From: Candidatus Zhuqueibacterota bacterium
Lineage (GTDB): Bacteria > Zhuqueibacterota > Zhuqueibacteria > Residuimicrobiales > Oceaniaggregativiventaceae
Reading direction: 5' to 3'
NCBI GenBank assembly: GCA_014728115.1
Contig: WJME01000045.1
Span: forward strand, 120,775 to 184,774
DNA length: 64,000 bases
Shown here: in pieces, positions 38,251 to 47,378 of the stretch
How the letters are laid out: every line of letters begins with the position of its first letter
Position numbering within the stretch: the first letter of the stretch is position 1
Translations under genes and position numbers: made by a program
The notes under the pieces: generated by a model
Databases searched by the model: none
What the model was told of the DNA's origin: nothing
The model's input: the letters and a program-made list of their open reading frames with translations, nothing else

Positions 38251-39123
38251 ATGAATAAATCTCAAACCTTAGACAAAGCGAAACGTTCATTGGAAGCAGA
38301 AGATATTGTCATCATCCTGGTCATCATTTTCGGATTCCTTTTGAGCATGGCAATTTTTATATTCCACTGGCCAATTCCACCGATAATGAGTGCTGTGCTG
38401 TTAGGAACAGCGTTATCTGCCCTGGTGTACCGTTTTTTAGGTGGCATACAAGCCAACACCAGTTTTACGATCGGCGCCCTCAAACTCTCCGGTACAATGG
38501 CAGCACTTATCGGTTGTATCTACTTTATCAATAGTGCTCTCGAAAAACAAACCAGAATGGAATTGACAACTCTTTTTGATCCGCCACTGCCACAATGGTT
38601 CAGCCTTGAAAAATCGAGTGGTCAACCGATTGAGGTCAGAGTGGGCACTCTCGGCACCATCCCCTTGCCTCTGGAATCTGAAATCCGATCCAATTATTAT
38701 CGCATACGCAAGATGGAAAATCAATTTCTGCTGTTTCCCAAGACTCAAAAAGATCTACCCGTCGGCACGCTGGACCAAGAATCTTTAAAACAAACTCTTG
38801 CAGAGCTAAAACTGGGGTCTGTGGTACAGCATTTTATCGTTACCGATCGACTTGCCCCGGCGACGCTCAACGTAGAATTGGATCCATTGCCTTTCAAACT
38901 GACCACCCAAACATATAGCCAGGATTATTCGAGATTTACGTTATTTACACCAGAAGGTCAACGGGCATATGTCGGGAGCATTTATCGTAAACAAGCGGAA
39001 ATTATTAGGATTGAGGATGCCTTTTATCTCGTGGCTGTTGTCGAAGTAAATCATCAAAACAATAATGGTGGCCCCTATGCTAAATTTGCTCTGGGCGAAA
39101 TCATGACTCAATTTGATAATTAA
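38251..39123 (+). CDS. Hypothetical membrane protein (three N-terminal TM helices + soluble domain)
   Basis: Hydropathy only. Confidence 0.5.
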   Translation: MNKSQTLDKAKRSLEAEDIVIILVIIFGFLLSMAIFIFHWPIPPIMSAVLLGTALSALVYRFLGGIQANTSFTIGALKLSGTMAALIGCIYFINSALEKQTRMELTTLFDPPLPQWFSLEKSSGQPIEVRVGTLGTIPLPLESEIRSNYYRIRKMENQFLLFPKTQKDLPVGTLDQESLKQTLAELKLGSVVQHFIVTDRLAPATLNVELDPLPFKLTTQTYSQDYSRFTLFTPEGQRAYVGSIYRKQAEIIRIEDAFYLVAVVEVNHQNNNGGPYAKFALGEIMTQFDN

Positions 39124-39137
39124 TAGGATGTGCAAGT

Positions 39138-39470
39138 ATGGCCAGTTCTGCTGCATGGATCTATTTATTGATTGCAGGCTTTTTTGAGATTACATGGGCT
39201 GTCTCTTTAAAGTATTCTCAAGGCTTTTCACGGATTTGGCCAGCACTTTTATCCATAACAGCGATGATATTGAGCATTATATTTTTATCAAAGGCTTTAA
39301 AAATCTTACCCCTGGGTACAGCCTATGCCGTATGGACGGGAATAGGAGCTGCAGGTACGGCAATCATCGGAATTTTTTTATTTCAGGAGCCCAAAGATGT
39401 GCTCAGACTTTTGTGCATCGGATTGATATTGACAGGAATTGTAGGTCTGAGGATTTTTTCCACAACCTGA
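39138..39470 (+). CDS. sugE: SMR-family small multidrug/guanidinium exporter (SugE/Gdx-like)
   Basis: 110 aa, four TM helices, conserved '[11 protein letters not shown]' with membrane Glu. Confidence 0.8.
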   Translation: MASSAAWIYLLIAGFFEITWAVSLKYSQGFSRIWPALLSITAMILSIIFLSKALKILPLGTAYAVWTGIGAAGTAIIGIFLFQEPKDVLRLLCIGLILTGIVGLRIFSTT

Positions 39471-40319
39471 ATGAACCTTATGAGCAATAAAAATACAACT
39501 CTGAAAAAACGACTTTATCAAATCATTTTCAAAGCAGACACATTTGGAGGCAAGCTCTTTGATATCGTCCTGATCATTTCCATTATTTCAAGTGTGTGCG
39601 TCGTCATGTTACTCAGTGTGAATTCAGTGAGGAATGCATACGGGAATCTGCTCTATACCTTTGAATGGTTTTTTACAATCTTATTTACCATTGAATATAT
39701 CACTAGACTTTACAGTAGTCCCTCTACATGGAAATATGTCAAAAGTTTTTACGGACTCGTCGACTTGCTGGCCATAATTCCCACTTTTCTCGATTTTCTA
39801 TGGCCCGGCACACACTATTTATTGGTTATCAGGGTATTGCGGGTATTACGGATTTTTAGAATTATGAAGCTGGCGACCTATCTGGGAGAAGCCAACATGC
39901 TTCTTTTGGCCCTAAGAAATAGTCGCAGAAAGGTCATTGTCTTTTTTCTGACGGTATTAACTTTGGTCGTCATTCTGGGCTCCTTGATGTATCTTATAGA
40001 AGGCGAAAGTCATGGTTTTACAAGTATTCCCAAAAGTGTTTACTGGGCCATCGTAACTCTGACGACGGTTGGCTATGGGGATATATCACCAAAAACAGAA
40101 GTCGGACAGGCTCTGGCCTCCTTTATCATGATTCTTGGGTACAGCATTCTTGCCGTACCCACCGGCATTGTTACTGTCGAATTGGGACAAGCAATGGAAA
40201 AAGAAAGAAAAAAAGGAATCCCAAGCAGTTGTGTCAATTGTAATGAAACAGATCATGATCGGGATGCCCAATATTGTAAACGATGTGGTTATCAATTGAA
40301 CACCAACAGAAACACCTGA
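39471..40319 (+). CDS. Voltage-gated K+ channel (6TM, S4 RxxRxxR, TTVGYGD filter) with C-terminal zinc ribbon
   Basis: S4 'LLVIRVLRVLRIFRIMKL', pore 'TLTTVGYGD', C-terminal 'CVNCNETDHDRDAQYCKRCGY'. Confidence 0.8.
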   Translation: MNLMSNKNTTLKKRLYQIIFKADTFGGKLFDIVLIISIISSVCVVMLLSVNSVRNAYGNLLYTFEWFFTILFTIEYITRLYSSPSTWKYVKSFYGLVDLLAIIPTFLDFLWPGTHYLLVIRVLRVLRIFRIMKLATYLGEANMLLLALRNSRRKVIVFFLTVLTLVVILGSLMYLIEGESHGFTSIPKSVYWAIVTLTTVGYGDISPKTEVGQALASFIMILGYSILAVPTGIVTVELGQAMEKERKKGIPSSCVNCNETDHDRDAQYCKRCGYQLNTNRNT

Positions 40320-40325
40320 GGTCCT

Positions 40326-41195
40326 ATGAAAACTCTAACAAACCGATCGGCCATTCTCCTGATATACTGCAACGACCAAAAGGGATTGGTTGCCTCAATT
40401 ACAGAATTTATCGCAAAGAATAATGGCAATATCCTAAGCCTTGACCAACATGTGGATAGTGAACAAAAAATATTTTTTATGAGAATTGAATGGGATCTGG
40501 AAAACTTTATCATTCCGCCTGAAAAGATCGGAGAGTTTTTCAAAGTACTCATCGCAGACCGTTTAAAAATGAAATGGAAACTCTATTTCTCAGATGAAAT
40601 ACCCAAAATGGCCCTATTCGTCTCGAAGCAGGGGCATTGTCTCTCGGACATTATTGCTCGGTATCAGGCAGGGGAGTGGAACGTTCATATCCCTTTGGTT
40701 ATCAGCAATCACGAGACATTTGCTGATGTCGCAGAACAGGCAGGGATTGATTTTCATTACACTCCAGTGACCAAAGAAAATAAAACGGAACAAGAAAAGA
40801 AGCAACTCCTCTTATTAAAAAATTATGATATCGATTTTGTCGTTCTTGCAAGATATATGCAAATCTTGAGCAGTGATTTTGTGAAAACATATCAAAACCG
40901 TATCATAAATATTCACCACTCTTTTTTACCCGCCTTTCCAGGAGCAAAACCTTATCATTCCGCCTACCAGCGTGGAGTTAAGGTCATTGGTGCAACCAGC
41001 CATTATGTGACCAAAGATCTGGATGCAGGTCCGATCATAGAGCAAGATGTCGTGAGAATAAGGCATACAGATTCGGTTGAAGATCTGGTGCGCAAGGGAA
41101 GAGACCTGGAAAAAATCGTTTTGGCCAGAGCCATTTGGTTTCATCTACAACGTAAAATATTGGCCTATGCCAATCGAACCGTTATTTTTAATTAA
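40326..41195 (+). CDS. purU: Formyltetrahydrofolate deformylase
   Basis: N-terminal ACT domain + formyltransferase domain 'NIHHSFLPAFPGAKPY'. Confidence 0.85.
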   Translation: MKTLTNRSAILLIYCNDQKGLVASITEFIAKNNGNILSLDQHVDSEQKIFFMRIEWDLENFIIPPEKIGEFFKVLIADRLKMKWKLYFSDEIPKMALFVSKQGHCLSDIIARYQAGEWNVHIPLVISNHETFADVAEQAGIDFHYTPVTKENKTEQEKKQLLLLKNYDIDFVVLARYMQILSSDFVKTYQNRIINIHHSFLPAFPGAKPYHSAYQRGVKVIGATSHYVTKDLDAGPIIEQDVVRIRHTDSVEDLVRKGRDLEKIVLARAIWFHLQRKILAYANRTVIFN

Positions 41196-41209
41196 CACAG
41201 AGGAGCCTT

Positions 41210-41611
41210 ATGTCAAATATTTTTGTCGAACATACCGCCATCAATGTACCCAATGCAACGGATATGGCAAAATGGTATAAAGAAAACTTGAACATGCAAA
41301 TTGTGCGCACAGCACAAAATCAAACCCATTTTCTTGCAGATGCAAGCGGACGCACCATATTGGAAATTTACACAAATCCCGCAGCTGCGGTTCCGGATTA
41401 CCAAAACCAGGCTCCTTTGGTCTTGCATATTGCATTTCAGGCAGACAATGTCAAAGAATGCACTGAAAATTTGCTAAAAGCAGGAGCAAGCATTGTAGAA
41501 TCTATCCATACGACGGAGATAGGAGACGAAATGGCCATGCTTCGCGATCCATGGGGAATCGCCATTCAGATTTTGAAACGCGCACATCCCATGTTGTCTC
41601 TGAGAGAATAA
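41210..41611 (+). CDS. VOC-family (glyoxalase/bleomycin-resistance fold) protein
   Basis: 133 aa, paired beta-alpha-beta-beta-beta modules. Confidence 0.65.
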   Translation: MSNIFVEHTAINVPNATDMAKWYKENLNMQIVRTAQNQTHFLADASGRTILEIYTNPAAAVPDYQNQAPLVLHIAFQADNVKECTENLLKAGASIVESIHTTEIGDEMAMLRDPWGIAIQILKRAHPMLSLRE

Positions 41612-41820
41612 TCAAGAGCTTTTACCAGACCACAAAATCGTATCTGAACTTTTTCAATAGGTGCCAAATTTTCTAAAATAGCATCATCGATGATACTTTT
41701 TTTTAAGAGCAAGTAAAATATGAAACCCTTTATAAATCTCAGTGTTGAATATCTAGGAAATATTTCTGTCGATTTGAAACTCAATAGTGTCAATTTCTTT
41801 TAGGACCGAACGTATTCTAC

Positions 41821-43485
41821 ATGGTTAAAAGAATTTCATATTACATATGCCTGCTTTGCATGAGCATTTCTACCCTGTTAACTGCCATAGATAAACGTCC
41901 GGCATTGCCGTTATTGCAGGGTATCGAAACCATTACCGCCCTCGATTTTTACCGGCATATTGCCTATTTAGGCAGTGACTCTTTAAAAGGGCGGGCCACG
42001 GGATCCCAGGGAGAACGTCTTGCTGCAGATTATATCATGGATCATTTGCACAAAGAGAATTGTTTGGCCGGCACAGCCTCGGGTTATCTCCAAACCATTC
42101 CTATGCATGGGAGCTATCCCTTAAAATCTTCAGAGCTTGTAATCAATATCGACGACAAATCGGTTCGTTTAGACCTCGGTCAGGATTATGTACTCTATAA
42201 ATCCGGTGCACAAACGTTTATACCCAATCCGGTCCCCATGGTATTTGTCGGATATGGTATCATCGCCCCGGAATATGATTATAATGACTATCAATCTATG
42301 GATGTGACCGGAAAGGTCGTCGTATACCTCTCAGGTGAACCGCCCTCGGATGACCCGGAATATTTTTTGGGAAAAGAACCAACGATCTATTCTTACCCGG
42401 AATCAAAACAGCGTCTGGCCATTGCCAGAGGAGCTCGGGGGAGTATCATGATTCCCAACTCCTATAACGAGCGTAGAAAAACATGGGATTTTTGGCAGAA
42501 CGCATTTTCGTTCGAGGATGTCACCCTTGCCTATTCTGTGACGTCGCATTTCAGCATCATGCTTCATCCCAATATTGCAGAAACACTTTTCACCAAACCT
42601 CTGGATCTGCAAACTGTCCTAAAAATGGATCAGGACAATACCATGTCCAGTTTTCCCCTGAAATCGACATTGTCATTCAAAGGACAATTTCGACAGCGGG
42701 ACTTTTTTGCCAACAACATCATTGGGATTGTACCTGGTTCTGACCCGGAATTAAAAAGTACCTATATCATCTGTTCCGCCCATTATGACCATTTGGGTAT
42801 AGGCAAAGCTGTTCGAGGAGATTCTGTCTATAATGGGGTCTTTGATAATGCTGCAGGGGTAGCTGCATTGTTGCAAATCACAAAAGCGCTGAATCAGATA
42901 GACGTCACACCACGTAGATCCATTGTATTTTTATTTCTAACAGGAGAAGAAAAGGGTGTACTGGGTTCCACCTATTATACGGATCACCCGGTTTACCCCT
43001 TGCACAAAACCGTTGCCAATGTCAACGTCGACGGCGTGGCAATGTTTGACACCTTTAATGATATCGTAGGGATTGGTTCAGAATATTCGACCATCGAAAA
43101 TGAATTATCACTAATCGCCTCCGTTCTGGGACTAGGCGTGTCCTCTTTGCCCTCGGAATTTTTACGAACCGAATCATTCGCCCGGTCAGATCAAATCGTT
43201 TTCGCCAAAGCAGGCATCCCATCCGTAATGATCATGGAGGGCTTGGATTACCGAAATCTATCAAAAAATCAAGGCCTGAACCGTTTGATCAATTGGCAAA
43301 CCAATATATATCATACTCCTTTTGATGACCTGTTACAGCCCATGAATCTCGAGGCTAGCAGGCAGCATGTACGGTTTTTATTCGCATTTATTTGGCATCT
43401 GGCGAATACTACCAAGCCACCAGAGTGGAAACCTGGAGTTCCGTATATCAACGCGAGGTTACAGTCTATTGCTGAAAAAAAGTAA
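41821..43485 (+). CDS. M28-family peptidase with PA domain
   Basis: Signal peptide; 'HYDHLG', 'DNAAGVAALL', 'GEEKG' metal-binding blocks. Confidence 0.8.
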   Translation: MVKRISYYICLLCMSISTLLTAIDKRPALPLLQGIETITALDFYRHIAYLGSDSLKGRATGSQGERLAADYIMDHLHKENCLAGTASGYLQTIPMHGSYPLKSSELVINIDDKSVRLDLGQDYVLYKSGAQTFIPNPVPMVFVGYGIIAPEYDYNDYQSMDVTGKVVVYLSGEPPSDDPEYFLGKEPTIYSYPESKQRLAIARGARGSIMIPNSYNERRKTWDFWQNAFSFEDVTLAYSVTSHFSIMLHPNIAETLFTKPLDLQTVLKMDQDNTMSSFPLKSTLSFKGQFRQRDFFANNIIGIVPGSDPELKSTYIICSAHYDHLGIGKAVRGDSVYNGVFDNAAGVAALLQITKALNQIDVTPRRSIVFLFLTGEEKGVLGSTYYTDHPVYPLHKTVANVNVDGVAMFDTFNDIVGIGSEYSTIENELSLIASVLGLGVSSLPSEFLRTESFARSDQIVFAKAGIPSVMIMEGLDYRNLSKNQGLNRLINWQTNIYHTPFDDLLQPMNLEASRQHVRFLFAFIWHLANTTKPPEWKPGVPYINARLQSIAEKK

Positions 43486-44329
43486 AACCCTGCTCTCCTT
43501 ATTCTTGTCGGGATTATTAACGCTAAACTGTAGCTCATCTTTGCGAACCCAAACACCCCCGACATTGCGTATTAAAGGCTCAGACACGATGGTGCCAGTG
43601 CTGCAGATATGGGCACAGGAATTCATGAAAAGCAACCCGGGAATTGCGGTCTATACTGAGGGAGGAGGAACGAGTACCGGGATTGATGCGCTGATCAACA
43701 ATAATGTGGATATCGGAGCAGCCTCCCGGCCAATCAGACCAGAAGAAGTTCAGAAAATGGCTGAAAAGCACGAAACAGTCGGACTCTCTTTCCTGGTAGC
43801 CAAGGATGCGCTATCTATATATTTAAATCCAGAGAATCCTGTTGAAAACCTCACGATCGACCAAATCCGCGGTATTTTTTCGGGTCACATTCAAAACTGG
43901 AAAGATGTGGGAGGACCAGATAGCCCGATTCATGTCATCATACGCTCCCCAAATTCCGGAACATTTTTATACTTTCGGGAGCATATTCTTCAGGGCGAAT
44001 CCTATTCAAAAGATGCAACCAGCCTGCCCAGTCAAACCAGTGTGGCGAATATCATTGCCAGAGATCCCTTTGCAATAGGATATGGGGGCATGGCCTACAA
44101 GGGAGATATCAAACATGGCCATATTAATGGTATTGCTCCAACTGAAGAAAACGTAATCGCCGACAAATATCCGATTACCCGTTACCTATATCTTTATACC
44201 ATCGATTCACCCAGCGGATGGACCAAAGCGTTCATCGAATGGGTGCTCGGCCCCGCGGGCCAGAGCGTGGTCAATCAAGTGGGATATTATCCCATTTGGT
44301 CTCCCTTTAACCAGCAACCATCCTCTTAA
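43470..44329 (+). CDS. Phosphate-binding-protein-like (PstS family) periplasmic substrate-binding lipoprotein, orphan
   Basis: 'IKGSDTMVP', 'GGGTSTGIDAL'; the track ORF overlaps the M28 gene; I placed the start at TTG 43470, which gives a lipoprotein signal 'LLSLFLSGLLTLNC' (start uncertain). Confidence 0.6.
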
Positions 44330-45111
44330 TCTTGAAGATATATTTCCCCATGGAAAAATACCACAGCCTCACCCACGATTTCTACGCGGTCTCCCAGGTC
44401 TTTGCACAAAAGATTCCCTCCGCGTTTTGAAAGCTGCTTTGCAATCATTTCTTTTTTAGACAAGTGTTCAGACCAATAAGGAGTCAAAGAGCTATGAGCA
44501 GAACCGGTCACCGGATCTTCGGGAATACCTTCTTTGGGGGCAAAAAATCTGGACACAAAATCGACCTCGTCACCCGGCGCAGTAACGATGATACCGGTGA
44601 CATCCAATGTTTTCAATAGACCCATATCGGGAATTTGCTGCACAATTTCTACTTCACTCTCATAAACACAAACATAATCACGAGTTTTAAGCACGACGGA
44701 CGGCTTGGGGTTCAAGGCCTGTAAAAGCGCATCAGGCACTTTGCAAGGTTTCGGTTTCCAGCTGGGAAAATTCAACCTATACCCCGATTCCGCAGCTTGA
44801 ACATAGAGCTCCCCACTCTGGGTTTCAAAAATAAGCCGTTTTTGATTGATCTGAAAATATCGAAACAAAATGTGAGCCGTCGCCAGTGTGGCGTGGCCAC
44901 AAAGATCAACCTCAGAAACCGGAGTAAACCAACGAAGATGATATCGATCCTTTTTAGCCACAACAAACGCGGTCTCTGACAAATTATTTTCCGCAGCAAT
45001 CGCCTGTAACACATTATCTTCCAACCATTGATCTAAAACACAAACCGCTGCCGGATTGCCGCAAAATATAGTGTTGGTAAAGGCATCCACTTGAAACATG
45101 GGAATCTTCAT
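44326..45111 (-). CDS. PhzF-family isomerase
   Basis: 'FQVDAFTNTIFCGNPAAV' N-terminal signature, 261 aa. Confidence 0.8.
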   Translation of the reverse strand: MKIPMFQVDAFTNTIFCGNPAAVCVLDQWLEDNVLQAIAAENNLSETAFVVAKKDRYHLRWFTPVSEVDLCGHATLATAHILFRYFQINQKRLIFETQSGELYVQAAESGYRLNFPSWKPKPCKVPDALLQALNPKPSVVLKTRDYVCVYESEVEIVQQIPDMGLLKTLDVTGIIVTAPGDEVDFVSRFFAPKEGIPEDPVTGSAHSSLTPYWSEHLSKKEMIAKQLSKRGGNLLCKDLGDRVEIVGEAVVFFHGEIYLQD

Positions 45112-45166
45112 AAGGGTTCTCCTGGTTATAGTATTTTAAAGGATCATTAATTAAAAGGAAACCATC

Positions 45167-45592
45167 ATGATTAAAGCATTTGCAATCTTTGGCATAACCT
45201 TTCTTCTGGCCATTAATACGTTTGGCAAAGATTTATTAAAACCACTCAAATGGAACCATCGCCCTTTGTTAATCTTTTCACCCTCAAAAGATAAACATCT
45301 GGAAAAACAGCTACTCGAAATTGACCAGAATCAAAAAGGAATCATTGAAAGAGATATGAAAATCTTCATTCTCCATTCCAATTTGACCGGTACAATGGAC
45401 GATAATGCAATAGATTCGGTTCAAGTAGCAGATCTGTACAAGAAATTCGACGTATCACCGGAACAGTTTTCCATTTTACTCGTCGGAAAGGATGGAGGCG
45501 TTAAAATGAGAAAGACCCAGAGTCTTGAAATGAAAGAAATTTTTGCCATTATTGATAAAATGCCTATGCGACAGCGTGAGATGCGGAACTAG
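45167..45592 (+). CDS. Small secreted protein (DUF4174-like)
   Basis: Signal peptide, 141 aa, 'WNHRPLLIF'. Confidence 0.45.
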   Translation: MIKAFAIFGITFLLAINTFGKDLLKPLKWNHRPLLIFSPSKDKHLEKQLLEIDQNQKGIIERDMKIFILHSNLTGTMDDNAIDSVQVADLYKKFDVSPEQFSILLVGKDGGVKMRKTQSLEMKEIFAIIDKMPMRQREMRN

Positions 45593-45633
45593 TTTTCCAC
45601 ATTTACCACAAGTTATCCACAAAGTTATTCACA
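45593..45633 (+). promoter_or_regulatory. Four tandem head-to-tail DnaA-box-like 9-mers (TTTTCCACA, TTTACCACA, TTATCCACA, TTATTCACA)
   Basis: Seen directly at 45593-45601, 45602-45610, 45613-45621 and 45625-45633 in the 73-bp spacer between convergent genes; the third is a perfect E. coli-consensus DnaA box. Confidence 0.5.
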
Positions 45634-45664
45634 TTTTTTACAAAAGATCCTCTGTTCGCTATAA

Positions 45665-46111
45665 TCAATACTTTTTAAATGTACGTCGAACCTTTTGCCA
45701 TAATCCCTGACCTACCATTTGGTCCGCCGCTGTCAATATCTTCTTGATGACCTGCAGAACATCGGCATCCCCAGCCCAGTGCTTTTGGACGATTGCCGGA
45801 TCTGTATGATTGATAACAGAATTGAGTACATAGGCGGCCAGAGCAATATCATCTACATATCCTGCCGGACCAATGATCATCTCTGGTATGACATCAAAAG
45901 GAGAAATGAAATAGGCAATCGCTGCTGCTAACTTTGTTTTTTGCATAGAAGGAACATCTTTGTCAAACGACAATTTGACCAAAAGGTGGAAAAGATCAGG
46001 AGCCCATAATATATATTCACTCCACTGGTTTTCTTTTCCCTCTTTACTTTCAATCCAGGCCTTGATCTTTTTTCTCAATGTTCGATAATAATCTGTTTGT
46101 TTTTCATTCAT
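45665..46111 (-). CDS. DUF1232 (YkvA-like) membrane-associated protein
   Basis: 'DVIPEMIIGPAGYVDDIALAAYVL' family signature. Confidence 0.6.
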   Translation of the reverse strand: MNEKQTDYYRTLRKKIKAWIESKEGKENQWSEYILWAPDLFHLLVKLSFDKDVPSMQKTKLAAAIAYFISPFDVIPEMIIGPAGYVDDIALAAYVLNSVINHTDPAIVQKHWAGDADVLQVIKKILTAADQMVGQGLWQKVRRTFKKY

Positions 46112-46178
46112 ATTTTATCCTATATAGGGTAATATACCGACCACGCTGACCAGGATGCCTTGCGATCATTTTACACAA

Positions 46179-46991
46179 TCATGACTGAGTGACGTTCTCT
46201 GTTGTAGATGGGGATTTCCATTTTTCAAGATTCTTTTGGATAAATTCTATTATCATTTGATGTTGTTGCTGGCCTCGATCGGTCAAAGTGATGGGATCAC
46301 CAAATACTATACGGACCGGTTTGGTTGGATCAATAGGTCCGAAATCCTTAAACATTTTACCATTTCCCCAGGCATTTGTTTTGAGCGCAATGGGAATGAT
46401 CGGAACTTTGCCTCGCAAAGCCAGCTTTATACCAATAGAATTGAATTTCTTGGGGTCAAAGTCGACAGTACGGGTGGTTTGTGGAAAAATGATCACAGAT
46501 GTACCCTGTTTTAATTTTTCTATACCTTTTTCCAATGTGGTTTGCAGATCTTTGCGTGGATTTTTCCGCCCAACGACAATGGGATCACAAGCACGCATTA
46601 CCGCGCCGAAAACCGGATAATTGATCAGACTCTCCTTGACCACAAATGCAGCGGGTTTGTGAGTCACCACCAGGCTGGGCAATACAAATGTTTCCATCGT
46701 GCTCATATGATTAGAAACAAAAACACAGGGAACATCCATGGCTTTTATATGCTCCAACCCATAAATCTCGAATCGGGTGCCAAAAGATTCAAATACTCTG
46801 GCCGTTGCCAGGCTTTCCCTGACAAATTGCTGATCATCGAACCGGCCTGTCTTGGCCATATGGGAAGCATGGAACACCACCCGGGCAATATTTATATAAG
46901 CCAGATTGGGCCACTTTTTTTTCCACCATGCGACAGAGATGTCCGGACTTTTGTACGAATTATTTAAAAGTATAATTTCACGAGAAATCAT
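46179..46991 (-). CDS. Lysophospholipid (1-acyl-glycerol-3-phosphate-type) acyltransferase family protein
   Basis: 'NHMSTMETF' (HX4D/E-like) and 'FPQTTRT' blocks. Confidence 0.65.
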   Translation of the reverse strand: MISREIILLNNSYKSPDISVAWWKKKWPNLAYINIARVVFHASHMAKTGRFDDQQFVRESLATARVFESFGTRFEIYGLEHIKAMDVPCVFVSNHMSTMETFVLPSLVVTHKPAAFVVKESLINYPVFGAVMRACDPIVVGRKNPRKDLQTTLEKGIEKLKQGTSVIIFPQTTRTVDFDPKKFNSIGIKLALRGKVPIIPIALKTNAWGNGKMFKDFGPIDPTKPVRIVFGDPITLTDRGQQQHQMIIEFIQKNLEKWKSPSTTENVTQS

Positions 46992-46999
46992 GGCCGTTC

Positions 47000-47311
47000 C
47001 TATGCCCCCTCTTTACCGAGATGAATTTGCCGTTTCTCCGGATCATTGGCCGGGCGATAAAAAATTCCTACATGGCCGATCAATCCCACATGATGACACT
47101 GTGCTTTTTCGGCGATTTCCCGGCACAACTCTTTTTTGTTTTCTTTGTATTCCTGAAATCGTACTTTAATCAACTCGTGATCCTGCAGTGCTTCGTCAAT
47201 ACTCTGTAAAACAGATTCGTTCAACCCATTTCGACCAATCATCACGGTAGGTTTTAGTGGATTGGCCAGACCTCTGAGATACTTTCGATCTGCACCCCGT
47301 AGTTCTTGCAT
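47000..47311 (-). CDS. yhbY: YhbY/CRM-domain RNA-binding protein
   Basis: 'LRGADRKYLRGLANPLKPTVMIGRNGL'; AGGAGTG RBS supports the ATG at 47311 rather than the track's 47347. Confidence 0.7.
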   Translation of the reverse strand: MQELRGADRKYLRGLANPLKPTVMIGRNGLNESVLQSIDEALQDHELIKVRFQEYKENKKELCREIAEKAQCHHVGLIGHVGIFYRPANDPEKRQIHLGKEGA

Positions 47312-47378
47312 CTTTTCACTCCTGTCATTGTTTTTATAAATATGCATACTAGAAGCAGGTGACCAACGTTGATGCTCA

